From an uncultured Bacilli bacterium (GTDB taxonomy: Bacteria; Bacillota_I; Bacilli_A; RF39; UBA660), in the NCBI GenBank assembly GCA_944358235.1, contig CALVQL010000002.1:1-44892 (forward strand): a stretch of DNA of 44,892 bases, in the 5' to 3' direction. Made by a program: the position numbers and the translations under genes. Below the pieces are notes generated by a model, which saw only the letters and a program-made list of their open reading frames with translations, did not search any database and was not told where the DNA came from. Shown piece after piece: positions 1 to 9,574 of this stretch (position 1 is the first letter of the stretch; every line of letters starts with the position of its first letter).

Positions 1-1847
1 TCGGCAAATACTCTACCACCATGAGCAAGTGGTATTTCTAATTCACGCATCATCTCTATTTTTTCAAAATCACTTTTAGAAGTTAACGAATTGATATCAT
101 CCTGTTGATTTTGCAAGTATTCTTTACCGTTTTTTTCGATGATAAAGGTTTTATCTTGAGCAATTTTTTCGAGTAATGTTTGAGCTTCCAAGTTCATAAA
201 GGAACCATATTCATTTTTGATAATATCTAGATATTGTTCTTGTTTTTGTAAAAGAACTTGTTCAATTTGAGTTACATCAAATTCTGCCTTATAATCTCTA
301 ACGTCTGGTAGTTGTTCGATTCTAGTTAACAAGTTATTTAAAAGAGGATTTAAGCGATGAAGAATTTGATTTCTTCGGTTTTTATAAGCTTCTATTTCAT
401 CTCGTGTTGCGTTGGGATGTTCATTTTTAAAGCGTGCAACTGAGCGATTCAAACACGTCTTTAAAGATGGTCGTAAAACGATTACTTCCCCTTTTATCAA
501 ACTGGCATCTTCGATAAATCGTAATTGTGTTCCATCAAGTACTATCGTCTTTTCTGAGGAAGAAAAATAAGAAATTATACTCTGATATATCTTCGTAAAG
601 TTTTCTTTAATCTGTTCTATATTACTATTTCTTAAGTTTTGAAATAAAGAGACACCATACTTATCTAAGAGCATTTGTCTTAGTTCGAATTCAATTGTTC
701 CTTCTTGGGGAGTTCCAACTATTAAGTCATAATCAATGACAATATATCTTTCATCTTTTCGATATTCATCTGCTAATGATGATTTACCACTTCCACCTTC
801 GCCAGTTATATTGATGATGTTATCATTAGTAAGTTTTTTAAAATATATGGAGCGATCTTCTAATTCGTCAATGGTAATATCATTTTGTTCGATTTGATTA
901 ATAATCGATTCATCAACTGGCGTATGTTTAGTAACTATTGTCTTTTTTGTTTCTTGTGCAATTTTTTGTTCGATATTCTTGTCGATAAATGGTTCGATAA
1001 TCTCCGCATCATAGCGATCTTTTGGTCGACTATTTTTCTTTTCATTATATATGCTTTCTAAACTGAGCATTCGATAAGGAGTTCCGTTATGGTATCGCAA
1101 ATCATCAGCAAACATAAAATCACTACATTCTTTAGAATATTGCTGTTCGTCGACAAATAATTGACGATGATTATTAGCGTTTTCAAAATAGTATTGTTTT
1201 GTAGTTATGCTATTATCTTCTTTTCGCGAAAAAAGAAATAGCCCTATGCTCATAGAAGTATCTTTAAAAGTTATCTTATATTCGTGATCTGTATCTTGTT
1301 TATGATCCATATTACTTATAAAAGAGAAATCAGGGTTCTTATCAATTAACTCTTTTAATTCTAATAATTGTTCTTCATTGATAAAAAGATCAAGATCACT
1401 ATGATAACGTTCTAAGTCATGAGAAGTAGCTAAATATCCCATCAATCCTCCAGTATAATAACAGTCAAAATCAGTACCTATTAGTTGATTAAATTTATCG
1501 AAGACTTCTATTACTAGTTGATGATTTTCTTCCAATGATAATTGCGGATGCTCGATATTCATCTCTTTTAGATAATATAATCTTTCCCTTAAATCAGAAA
1601 AAGCAGGATAACGTTGAGGATTTAAGGAAATCAAATCATCTTTATACTCTAACACATCATCTTCGGTTAATACTTTACGAGCGATTAAATCACTTAAAGA
1701 TATTAGTATTTTATCAATAGCATCATCGATATTTAAACGCCGCAAATCCTCGATAGTAACTTGAATTCTTTTAGGATCGTTAATACCAACTTTTTCAGCA
1801 AATAAATATACTAATTTAGTTATTTTATCGGATTTTAAATTGCTCAT
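1..1847 (-). CDS. Partial CDS (3' end lies beyond window start): Pol-beta-fold nucleotidyltransferase domain fused to a P-loop NTPase / nucleotide-kinase-like domain
   Basis: Absent from the ORF track because it is open at the window edge. Reverse-strand reading from ATG 1847-1845 (GAGG 5 nt upstream) stays open for all ~615 codons (MSNLKSDKITKLVYLFAEKVG...). NTase signature YYTGGLMGYLATSHDLERYHSDLDLFI at nt ~1383-1454 (GG..G then hDhDh, as in minimal Lnu/ANT-type NTases). Walker A NITGEGGSGKSSLA at nt 780-803, followed by an IVLDGTQL strand and a helical tail. Confidence 0.75.
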   Translation of the reverse strand, partial: MSNLKSDKITKLVYLFAEKVGINDPKRIQVTIEDLRRLNIDDAIDKILISLSDLIARKVLTEDDVLEYKDDLISLNPQRYPAFSDLRERLYYLKEMNIEHPQLSLEENHQLVIEVFDKFNQLIGTDFDCYYTGGLMGYLATSHDLERYHSDLDLFINEEQLLELKELIDKNPDFSFISNMDHKQDTDHEYKITFKDTSMSIGLFLFSRKEDNSITTKQYYFENANNHRQLFVDEQQYSKECSDFMFADDLRYHNGTPYRMLSLESIYNEKKNSRPKDRYDAEIIEPFIDKNIEQKIAQETKKTIVTKHTPVDESIINQIEQNDITIDELEDRSIYFKKLTNDNIINITGEGGSGKSSLADEYRKDERYIVIDYDLIVGTPQEGTIEFELRQMLLDKYGVSLFQNLRNSNIEQIKENFTKIYQSIISYFSSSEKTIVLDGTQLRFIEDASLIKGEVIVLRPSLKTCLNRSVARFKNEHPNATRDEIEAYKNRRNQILHRLNPLLNNLLTRIEQLPDVRDYKAEFDVTQIEQVLLQKQEQYLDIIKNEYGSFMNLEAQTLLEKIAQDKTFIIEKNGKEYLQNQQDDINSLTSKSDFEKIEMMRELEIPLAHGGRVFA

Positions 1848-1919
1848 ATATACCTCACTATTATCATTATATCATAATAACTATATTTTTCTTAAATATA
1901 AAGAATAGTGTTCTTAGTT

Positions 1920-2981
1920 TTATAATTTAAAGACATTCTTACTTTTCGTTTCAACTGATGATTTTATTCGTTCATGAATTATGGTGTTTAGATAAGCCAT
2001 ATCGAAGTTATCTTTATCGATGACATGTGGTGTTGAAATCGGATTACCAGACTCATCGACACCTATAGCAGTAATAGTTCGAGATGGCTGCATTCTAAAA
2101 GTATCGGCAAAATCCGCAATTAGCCAATCTTTACTACTTTGATTATTAGGAATGGCTTTACCACCATCACGGGCAAATATGGCTCTGGTTAAATCTATCG
2201 ACTTGTAAGCACCATTGATTTTAGCAGCTACCCATGCATGAGTTAATTGACTAGTTCCAGTTATCTCAATTGCTTCGATACCTATTTTAGGTAATAGTGA
2301 TACTAAGTATTTTGCATAATCTTTACATACTCCTCTTTTTAACAAACCATCTTCTCCGATAATTGGTGGAAAATAATCATGATCATACTGAAGTTGTAAA
2401 CTACCTGTCTTTAACAAGATGTCTGTTAAATAACTCGAAAGGACAGCGGATGTATCAAGTCTTCCGACGATAAATTCTGAATTTTTTCGTTGAACCGTGC
2501 GTGGTTTTTCTAAATCTTTGATAATCTTATCAACCAAATAGTTTATTTCTCTATGAATTATCTCTTCATTAGTAAGAAGATTAGCAAATTTTTGCGAAAA
2601 AAACATCGATAATTGTTCTTTGAACACATTTATATTACCATTGGAATTTTTTTCTAATTCGACTATCGAATCAAACATGTGTGACAAGCCCTTTTCTACA
2701 CCCATATGAATTGAAAAACCATTTTTTATAGATTCAATATTATCCCCTATTTTCAACGGAAAATCAGCGAATTGAAAAACTGGTGGTCTGATTTGAAGAA
2801 GTGGCAGACCATCATCGTTTGCTATTAGCGAGGTTAAATTTTCCATTAGATATCCTATTATTACCAATTGAGCATAATCGTATTCAACGGTTTGCAAGAA
2901 AAAATGCATCACAAACTCTATACGTTTTTGTTCATCATCTATTTGTCTAGCATAATCAATCAATTCATCTAAGTTATGCAC
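1920..2981 (-). CDS. Transglutaminase-fold (Cys-His-Asp) cysteine-peptidase-like protein
   Basis: 353 aa, GTG start after GGGGTGA. The C-terminal half shows the transglutaminase-core pattern RGVC(219)KDYAKYLVSLLPKIGIEA...TH(248)AWVAAKINGAYKSID(263)LT. No signal peptide or TM segment. Confidence 0.6.
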   Translation of the reverse strand: MHNLDELIDYARQIDDEQKRIEFVMHFFLQTVEYDYAQLVIIGYLMENLTSLIANDDGLPLLQIRPPVFQFADFPLKIGDNIESIKNGFSIHMGVEKGLSHMFDSIVELEKNSNGNINVFKEQLSMFFSQKFANLLTNEEIIHREINYLVDKIIKDLEKPRTVQRKNSEFIVGRLDTSAVLSSYLTDILLKTGSLQLQYDHDYFPPIIGEDGLLKRGVCKDYAKYLVSLLPKIGIEAIEITGTSQLTHAWVAAKINGAYKSIDLTRAIFARDGGKAIPNNQSSKDWLIADFADTFRMQPSRTITAIGVDESGNPISTPHVIDKDNFDMAYLNTIIHERIKSSVETKSKNVFKL

Positions 2982-3014
2982 AATTTCACCCCATTAATTT
3001 TAATAATTACAATA

Positions 3015-5126
3015 TTACATAGGTTTTCCAGTAGGTTTTTGACTTACCGTTTTAAGTCTCGTATTATAACATTTATAAAAATATTTTATTAGCAAATCAA
3101 CTGATACTTCGTCACGATTATAATTTAGTATATTGCCGTTAATCATATTAGTTTTAACAAAGGTATTTAAAAATTCATCTAAAGAAACAACTTGTCCTAA
3201 ATTATCTTTAATTTTATATTGCCAAAAAGGATTGTCAAAACCAATAGATTCTTTCAAATGATTTATATATTCTTGATTTCTATCTAAAAGATTATTATCA
3301 ATAATATAAGATTTTCTTAATTCGACTAACGAATTATACTTATATATCTCATTTCGATTCCACAAACTTCTTAATCTATCGACAATAACTTTAGTAATTT
3401 TTTTATATGAGCCATTAATATTTGGTGCCGTTAATTTTTCATTAATTGTATCTATATTTTCATCATATGTTCTAATCAGCATTTTGATTTTTGAAAAAAG
3501 ACGAGGTTTTAAATTTTTATCTTCTATAATCTCCATATTAGCTTCGATTATTTTAGTTAATCTCAAGATCATATTGCAGTCATCAACTAAAGAAACAGAG
3601 GCATCTTTTTTATAAATATAAGATGGATTCTTTATAAAATCGTGTAATTTCGCCAACTCATTTTCAAAAGCGTTAGAGATATTATCGATAAAATTAATTT
3701 GCTCATCTGAAGAATATTGTCGTACCTTAATATCAGGGAGATTATTTGAATAAATACAATCTAAAATATAATCAGTCACTAATTGGTTAGTCGGTAATTT
3801 TTGGCGAAGTATATCTTGGATATCTTTTAACTGCCCATTTTCATTAAAAATCAATGTCAACATTGGATATTCGCTTACTAACTCGGGATGTCCGCTAATA
3901 ATTTGCGACATTCTAGTTAAGTTATAATGGTATACTGGAACACTCTTTCCTGCAAGAACTTTTCGAGAAATAAAGATTGGGCGTCTTTTATTAAATATTT
4001 CTGCCAATTTTGCAATTCGATACTCTAATTTTTCAGTATTCAATCCGTATTTCTTATATAAATTTGGCAGAATTGCTCTTAATTTAAAATAAGCAGTCTT
4101 TTCAGCATCAGTTTCTATTTCAATATACTCATAGTTATCATCATATTCTTTTTGGGCGTTATTTTCCTCCTGAGGGAATAATCTTGGTAATTTATACATC
4201 AGATAGTAATAACCTAGTGTGTTATTAAGAAACTCGGACTTTGACTTTTTTGACTGATATAGATGTTCACATTCATGGCAAACGACATGAACGGTATCTA
4301 AGTTCGTCATATTTAGATTCGAACTTAAATTTATATCGATAAAATAGTCCCCGCTGGCATATGCCCCTGTATATGGATTGTCATCATCTCTGACAAAGCT
4401 CGACTCTGGTCTTCCAAGATCTTCTAATACGAAAAAATTATTGATAACATATAAAGTCAAAAATTCTTTTTCGTAACTATTGGAACTATTGTAATATGGT
4501 TCTGATATTAAATCGACAAATAATCGTTCTTGAGTTTGAATTGCCCACTCCATATATTTTGAAGGCAATTTTTTTAATATGAAAAAGAAATTAATCAGCA
4601 ATTTTTTCTCGGAAAAACTAAGTTCATATTTTTTTAACTCTTCGTCACTTACATAAACTTTATCCTGAGAAATCAAAGAAATTTTTCGTTCAAAATAGAT
4701 ATCATATTTTTTGGCAATTCTATAACTAAAGTATGCCATGACTTGCTTAGTTTTTAGTATCTCTTCTTTTTGTTTTTTACTAGCAAACTTAGCAAGTATA
4801 TCTTGACGAGTAAGTGTTGAACGGAAAAGATTGGAAACTCTTATAAGTTCATCAATATTGGAAATATTCGAGCGAGAAATTGTTTCGTATAATTTATCTA
4901 TAATTGCTTGAAATTTAAATTTGATATCTGGATTGTCCATAGAATCATAATACTTAATTAGATAGTTTTCAAAAGCGTATAAAGAACTATTAGAAAAACG
5001 AGTATCATCTTTTAATAAATTATCATACATTTCATATATTTCATCAACATTGTTATCATTTATAAATCTAATGATTACATCCTCACCATATAAATCGATT
5101 AAGCTCTCTTTAAATAAGCACTCCAT
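3015..5126 (-). CDS. Large cytoplasmic HExxH zincin-like protein, function unknown
   Basis: 703 aa. Single HExxH motif VVCH(284)ECEH(288)LYQ at nt 4263-4277, with an acidic stretch YEYIEIETDAE ~45 aa downstream. No signal peptide or TM. Only 33 nt separate it from the next gene downstream. Confidence 0.5.
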   Translation of the reverse strand: MECLFKESLIDLYGEDVIIRFINDNNVDEIYEMYDNLLKDDTRFSNSSLYAFENYLIKYYDSMDNPDIKFKFQAIIDKLYETISRSNISNIDELIRVSNLFRSTLTRQDILAKFASKKQKEEILKTKQVMAYFSYRIAKKYDIYFERKISLISQDKVYVSDEELKKYELSFSEKKLLINFFFILKKLPSKYMEWAIQTQERLFVDLISEPYYNSSNSYEKEFLTLYVINNFFVLEDLGRPESSFVRDDDNPYTGAYASGDYFIDINLSSNLNMTNLDTVHVVCHECEHLYQSKKSKSEFLNNTLGYYYLMYKLPRLFPQEENNAQKEYDDNYEYIEIETDAEKTAYFKLRAILPNLYKKYGLNTEKLEYRIAKLAEIFNKRRPIFISRKVLAGKSVPVYHYNLTRMSQIISGHPELVSEYPMLTLIFNENGQLKDIQDILRQKLPTNQLVTDYILDCIYSNNLPDIKVRQYSSDEQINFIDNISNAFENELAKLHDFIKNPSYIYKKDASVSLVDDCNMILRLTKIIEANMEIIEDKNLKPRLFSKIKMLIRTYDENIDTINEKLTAPNINGSYKKITKVIVDRLRSLWNRNEIYKYNSLVELRKSYIIDNNLLDRNQEYINHLKESIGFDNPFWQYKIKDNLGQVVSLDEFLNTFVKTNMINGNILNYNRDEVSVDLLIKYFYKCYNTRLKTVSQKPTGKPM

Positions 5127-5220
5127 CTAATGCATCCATCCTTTGCATCATTATAACATAGCTTATTATAAAACGTTGTTTAGTTATCTTTATTGTCAAC
5201 AATTGACGTAAATTAGTATT

Positions 5221-6882
5221 TTAAAGATTTTTTTTGAGCTCTTTGCTACCAGATGGATAAGATTCTTCATCTTCTAATGGACCATCTATTTCTTTCGGAT
5301 CTATTAGCTTCAAATCAAAATCAAAAAATACCTTTTTTCCTTCATCGGTAGTTATAAAATAACAATTTTTTTGTTCACCGGTAGCACTTTGATATGTATA
5401 GAGATTCCTGTTTAAAGGTTGGTCATCATATCCATCTATTAATTTGCGTTCTAAATTAATATTCTTAAAATTGATACCAAAATAAAATGCATCATCTTTA
5501 ATTTGATATTCCAATTTATTATTTTCCCAAAGTTTTTTTGCATATTCCCAAGATTGTATTTCATCATCTACGATTTCAAGAGTTTGAAAATCTAATATAC
5601 TATAAGACCCATCTATTTTCTTTAATGCATATCCAAGTACATAATCTCCATGTATATCTTTATAAAGACAAATATCTTTTAGCGTATTTTTTATTTCTTC
5701 AAAATTTAATTCTTCAGAAAATACTTGTTCAACGATAGCTTGCGGTTTAAAATCACTATACTCTTCATTCAATTCATCCTGATCTTTCGTTGGCATATGA
5801 GCAATCTCTAAAAAGAAATTTACACATCCAATTATATTTTCTCGTAGAGTCAGTTGTGTCGGTATATAATCCAATGAACTAGATAAATCGCGTTTAATTT
5901 CGCTTTGAATATATCCGCCATCGAGGAGTTCAAAAATATACCTATAAATCGCTTTAGCAGACTTTCCGTCAGAAATCATTTTAGGCATCAAATTTCCGAT
6001 GATTGTCTCATATACAGAAATTCTGGCACTTTCAATCGCTTTAAAATCGACACCATTTTCGATAACATCGCTGAGACTTTTATCAATTAGCATGATAACT
6101 TCAGCTATATCGACAACCCCTATTTTGTACATCTGATCCATTAAATACCGAATATTATTTTCTAATAGTTCGTCAGTAGAAGCTCCTAAGATATTGCTAC
6201 ATAATCTTGCTTCGTCTTGAAATATTTCATAAGAAACACTATTATTGCTTTTGAGAGTTTTTCCACCTAATTCCAATCTATAGTTATCAATCAATCCTTC
6301 ATTTAAACTTCGCCCTAGGAATGCTATCCTGTTTTCATCGACAAAAATCGGATGCATCACATCTTTTATAATATGAACGCCATCGACAATAGCATCAATA
6401 CTGTAAGTAGCATGAGTAAGTTCATGTTTAAATACGACTGCCACATCATTTTCTGTATCAACTGCAATTTCTTTTTCAAATTTATTAAAATATCCCTTTG
6501 TTAAAGCACTGGATGCGATATCTGAAACTTTTATATTTTTCAAATTCTCCATATTGTAATATAGAATTGCTAAATCTTGAGACGGATTATATCTTTCTAA
6601 TTCATCAATATAATCAAATGCATATTCTTTATATTCTTCTGGAATATTCGGATTTCTTTTTACTACTCTTCGCACGTCATCAAATGATGGATCTTTAACA
6701 TCTAAATATTTTTTTATCTGATGATTATTATACAAAAATTTATAAGTAATACCATCTATTTCAATCTCATCGACAAATTTTATTTCATATGGAGATTCAC
6801 TCCAACATACTTTTGCTGACATTGCCCCTTGAGTTTTTGGAGGAAAAGTATTATTTACTTCATCATTAGAATTATTTAACAT
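5221..6882 (-). CDS. Cytoplasmic HExxH zincin-like protein with a thermolysin-like HELTH motif, function unknown
   Basis: The track ORF 5221..6897 starts at TTG. ATG at 6882 with GGTGG 8 nt upstream is more plausible. Motif VVFKH(158)ELTH(162)ATYS at nt 6412-6426 (track numbering). A possible third ligand lies in RSLNE(200)GLIDN ~38 aa downstream. No signal peptide or TM. Confidence 0.5.
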   Translation of the reverse strand: MLNNSNDEVNNTFPPKTQGAMSAKVCWSESPYEIKFVDEIEIDGITYKFLYNNHQIKKYLDVKDPSFDDVRRVVKRNPNIPEEYKEYAFDYIDELERYNPSQDLAILYYNMENLKNIKVSDIASSALTKGYFNKFEKEIAVDTENDVAVVFKHELTHATYSIDAIVDGVHIIKDVMHPIFVDENRIAFLGRSLNEGLIDNYRLELGGKTLKSNNSVSYEIFQDEARLCSNILGASTDELLENNIRYLMDQMYKIGVVDIAEVIMLIDKSLSDVIENGVDFKAIESARISVYETIIGNLMPKMISDGKSAKAIYRYIFELLDGGYIQSEIKRDLSSSLDYIPTQLTLRENIIGCVNFFLEIAHMPTKDQDELNEEYSDFKPQAIVEQVFSEELNFEEIKNTLKDICLYKDIHGDYVLGYALKKIDGSYSILDFQTLEIVDDEIQSWEYAKKLWENNKLEYQIKDDAFYFGINFKNINLERKLIDGYDDQPLNRNLYTYQSATGEQKNCYFITTDEGKKVFFDFDLKLIDPKEIDGPLEDEESYPSGSKELKKNL

Positions 6883-6931
6883 AAAATTTACCACCAATTC
6901 ATAAATATTTTAATTCTTTAGAATTTAAAGT

Positions 6932-6960
6932 ATTCTACCACAATTGTTCTTTTTATACAA
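6932..6960 (-). promoter_or_regulatory. Sigma-A-type promoter for the 5221..6882 gene
   Basis: Minus strand: TTGTAT (6960-6955), 17 nt spacer, TAGAAT (6937-6932), with a TG at the extended -10 position (tgtggTAGAAT). Confidence 0.45.
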
Positions 6961-6964
6961 AAAT

Positions 6965-7531
6965 TTATTTGAAAACTTCGATATTACTTAATTCTTGTTG
7001 AGCAATTATCTCTTTTAGATTCATAAATCTATTATTCCAATAAGTAATTGGATTCTCCGATAATGCTTTAGAAAATATTATACAATTATTATCATAATTA
7101 ACATCATCGGGATTGTTATATTTTTCCTCGATATCCATTATTTTTCGATATAAATGAACTGCTGTTATATTATCCTTTTCTGAAGTATATAATCGAAAAT
7201 ATCGAATAGGATATTTTTCCGCTAATATAGTCGCCATATTTATCGTATCTAACAATATATGTCGTCCATATCCTTTGTTCCTAAACTCTTTTAATACGCC
7301 AAACCATCCTAACCAAATACTGTTTGTGTCATTTATATTTTCATGAGAATACAAGCCAGTTATTCCAACAATAGTATCGTTTTCATATACTAGATAATAT
7401 TTATAATATTCTAAATTACTTTTGATTGCATCTTTGTAATGGATATATGCTGATTCCCCTGGAAATATCTTCAATTGAATTTTACTGGCAAGCTCGATAT
7501 TATCATTAGTTATTTCAACATACTTAAACAT
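6965..7531 (-). CDS. GNAT-family N-acetyltransferase
   Basis: 188 aa. Acetyl-CoA-binding motif A region GWFGVLKEFRNKGYGRHILLDTI (R/Q-x-x-G-x-G/A). Confidence 0.7.
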   Translation of the reverse strand: MFKYVEITNDNIELASKIQLKIFPGESAYIHYKDAIKSNLEYYKYYLVYENDTIVGITGLYSHENINDTNSIWLGWFGVLKEFRNKGYGRHILLDTINMATILAEKYPIRYFRLYTSEKDNITAVHLYRKIMDIEEKYNNPDDVNYDNNCIIFSKALSENPITYWNNRFMNLKEIIAQQELSNIEVFK

Positions 7532-7806
7532 AATAATTCCTTTCTAAACTCTATATAGTCAATATTACTGTACTGTTTTAAATCATTTTATCATATAAAA
7601 AGTTATTTAGTATTATATGATTACTTATAAAAATAATAATAAAAGAATTTTTGACAAGCCCTTTTTATAAATTAACTGAAACACATAAAAGTTAAGATTA
7701 AACGCTTATGGTGCCTTTTAACATTTTTATAATTTTTTTGCAATAAGTTAATGTAATTTTATTTCTTTTTAGTTTGATATTCATTATCGAATATATAAAA
7801 TGGAAT

Positions 7807-8358
7807 TTATTTAGTTCTATCTATTATTTGAACATCACTAAATTGTTTTATTTTATTTATCATTTTCTCTTTATCTAAATTTTCATTTTTAATAAATATC
7901 ATTATTGGATGATCAAACAAAAAGGATATTACATCACTTGTAATTACTATTAATTCAAGTTTTTCATATGAAAAACCTATTAGAAACCCATTTTTTAATT
8001 TATCTACAATTCCATTTTTACTTATTTCCAATATTCCTTCTTTACAACTTGTTTTTTTATTAAAAATTCTTTCAAAAAATACTCCAACCGAGATAAGATA
8101 AAATGCCATAATACTTGCACCTAAAAGCCAAATGAAATCTAAAAGTTCTTGCGAATCATCAGATGTGTACATAAAAAATATTACCGATAATATATACCAA
8201 AGAATAAAACTTAAAATAAATCGTGACGTAACACAAAATATATAACTTTTGATTTTTTTATTCGGATTCTTCTTCAGTTTCTTTTTTAATAAACCAATAC
8301 CACATGCTTCATTACAATATTTTATATATTTACCACTTAGATTATAGTGTATCTTCAT
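7807..8358 (-). CDS. Small two-TM membrane protein with a C-terminal soluble domain (YcxB-like architecture), function unknown
   Basis: The track ORF starts at GTG 8379. ATG 8358 sits 8 nt after a perfect GGAGG (8371-8367). Two hydrophobic helices (FILSFILWYILSVIFFMY, FIWLLGASIMAFYLISVGVFF) precede a ~80-aa domain. Confidence 0.55.
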   Translation of the reverse strand: MKIHYNLSGKYIKYCNEACGIGLLKKKLKKNPNKKIKSYIFCVTSRFILSFILWYILSVIFFMYTSDDSQELLDFIWLLGASIMAFYLISVGVFFERIFNKKTSCKEGILEISKNGIVDKLKNGFLIGFSYEKLELIVITSDVISFLFDHPIMIFIKNENLDKEKMINKIKQFSDVQIIDRTK

Positions 8359-8878
8359 ATCTTTTTCCTCCAAACTCACTACAATTTTATTATATCATAT
8401 TTAACTATAATTTTAGTTTTGTAATAGACATCGATATAATCTAGTATCTATTCTAGTATTTCATCATTGTTAGTTTTAAGTTCTTTAACAATTACTCGTA
8501 GAATGTCCACATTCTTGAGGTTATTTTCACGGTTTTTAAGTCAAATTCTTACAGTTCTTGTAATTGACTTAATAAATCTCCATATTGTTGACACTTTTCC
8601 AGTTTATATTCATATTCAATTAATACAACATTATATTTAGTTTAAATTTTTCTTAATTCATCATAAAATTTTGTATTATTATCAATTGTTGAAATTATTT
8701 TATATATAACATATATTATTCAAGATAAATATGTAAATTTCTACTATTAAATTGATCTGTCCAAAAAAATTGATATCTATGAAACTAAAAAACAATAAAA
8801 AAAGAACTAACTATTTCTAGCTAGTAATCAATTTAGAGCAATTTAAAATTTATATTACATGTCTAACCACAATTTTTA

Positions 8879-9574
8879 TTATACGTTAAATATATTATCT
8901 ATAGCATCTATTCCTGGATAATATGTATTCATCATTTCACAAGCTAAATAAATCTTCTCATTATTTACATATTTATCATTAACGTATTCGTCAAGAATAT
9001 TGGTAAACAGAATATCATAATACTTTGTTAAAGAATTATATTTTGCTGTTGCAATTAAATCTATTAGTTTGTCAACTTGATTATCAATTTCTTCTTCGGA
9101 AGTTGCATAGAAATAATCACCTAATGGTATTTCTTCGCCATTAATATTTAAACTCTTGACTAAATCCTCAACTTTCTGTTGATAAGATAAGACACTACTA
9201 TTTTTTAAATCTTTTTCGATATATTCCTTATATTTTAATTTAGTCGATATTACGTATTTTGAAATTTCTTTATTAATTGAATCATCACCATGATTTTTTA
9301 TAACTTCTCCTACGATAAAACTTTTTTCGCTGGTTCTATTAAATTCGATTAGTTCCCTACTCACTGGATCTATTACTGACCAGTATTCCGAAATGATATC
9401 ATTTCCCTTATCCCATACTTTTTCCTCGACTTTTACAAATGGAACAACTACATATAATCGACCATCAACTGTTCTAAGCATAGGAATCAATGCACAATAC
9501 TCATCATTTAAACCATATTTTACTTTATTTTTATTTGCTATTTCTAGATATTTATCTATATTATTAACCATCAT
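8879..9574 (-). CDS. Hypothetical soluble protein translationally coupled to the upstream sigma factor
   Basis: 231 aa. AAGGAGAG RBS. The start (ATG 9574 or 9571) overlaps the sigma gene stop (9564-9566). No TM segment and no zf-HC2/anti-sigma motif recognised. Confidence 0.6.
   Translation of the reverse strand: MMVNNIDKYLEIANKNKVKYGLNDEYCALIPMLRTVDGRLYVVVPFVKVEEKVWDKGNDIISEYWSVIDPVSRELIEFNRTSEKSFIVGEVIKNHGDDSINKEISKYVISTKLKYKEYIEKDLKNSSVLSYQQKVEDLVKSLNINGEEIPLGDYFYATSEEEIDNQVDKLIDLIATAKYNSLTKYYDILFTNILDEYVNDKYVNNEKIYLACEMMNTYYPGIDAIDNIFNV

Noticed and set aside
1535-1720. 61-aa plus-strand ORF at the left end of the window.
   Set aside because: It lies antisense inside the long edge-open minus-strand NTase/P-loop gene. 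It has no RBS and a low-complexity product.
7709-7716. TGGTGCCT, identical to the first 8 nt of the plus-strand tRNA-Leu 3' end, in the GNAT/membrane-protein intergenic region. Considered as a possible attachment-site remnant.
   Set aside because: Only 8 nt match, and the GC-rich continuation (GCGGCCGG) is absent. A chance match is plausible in a 10-kb search, so it is not used as evidence for island borders.
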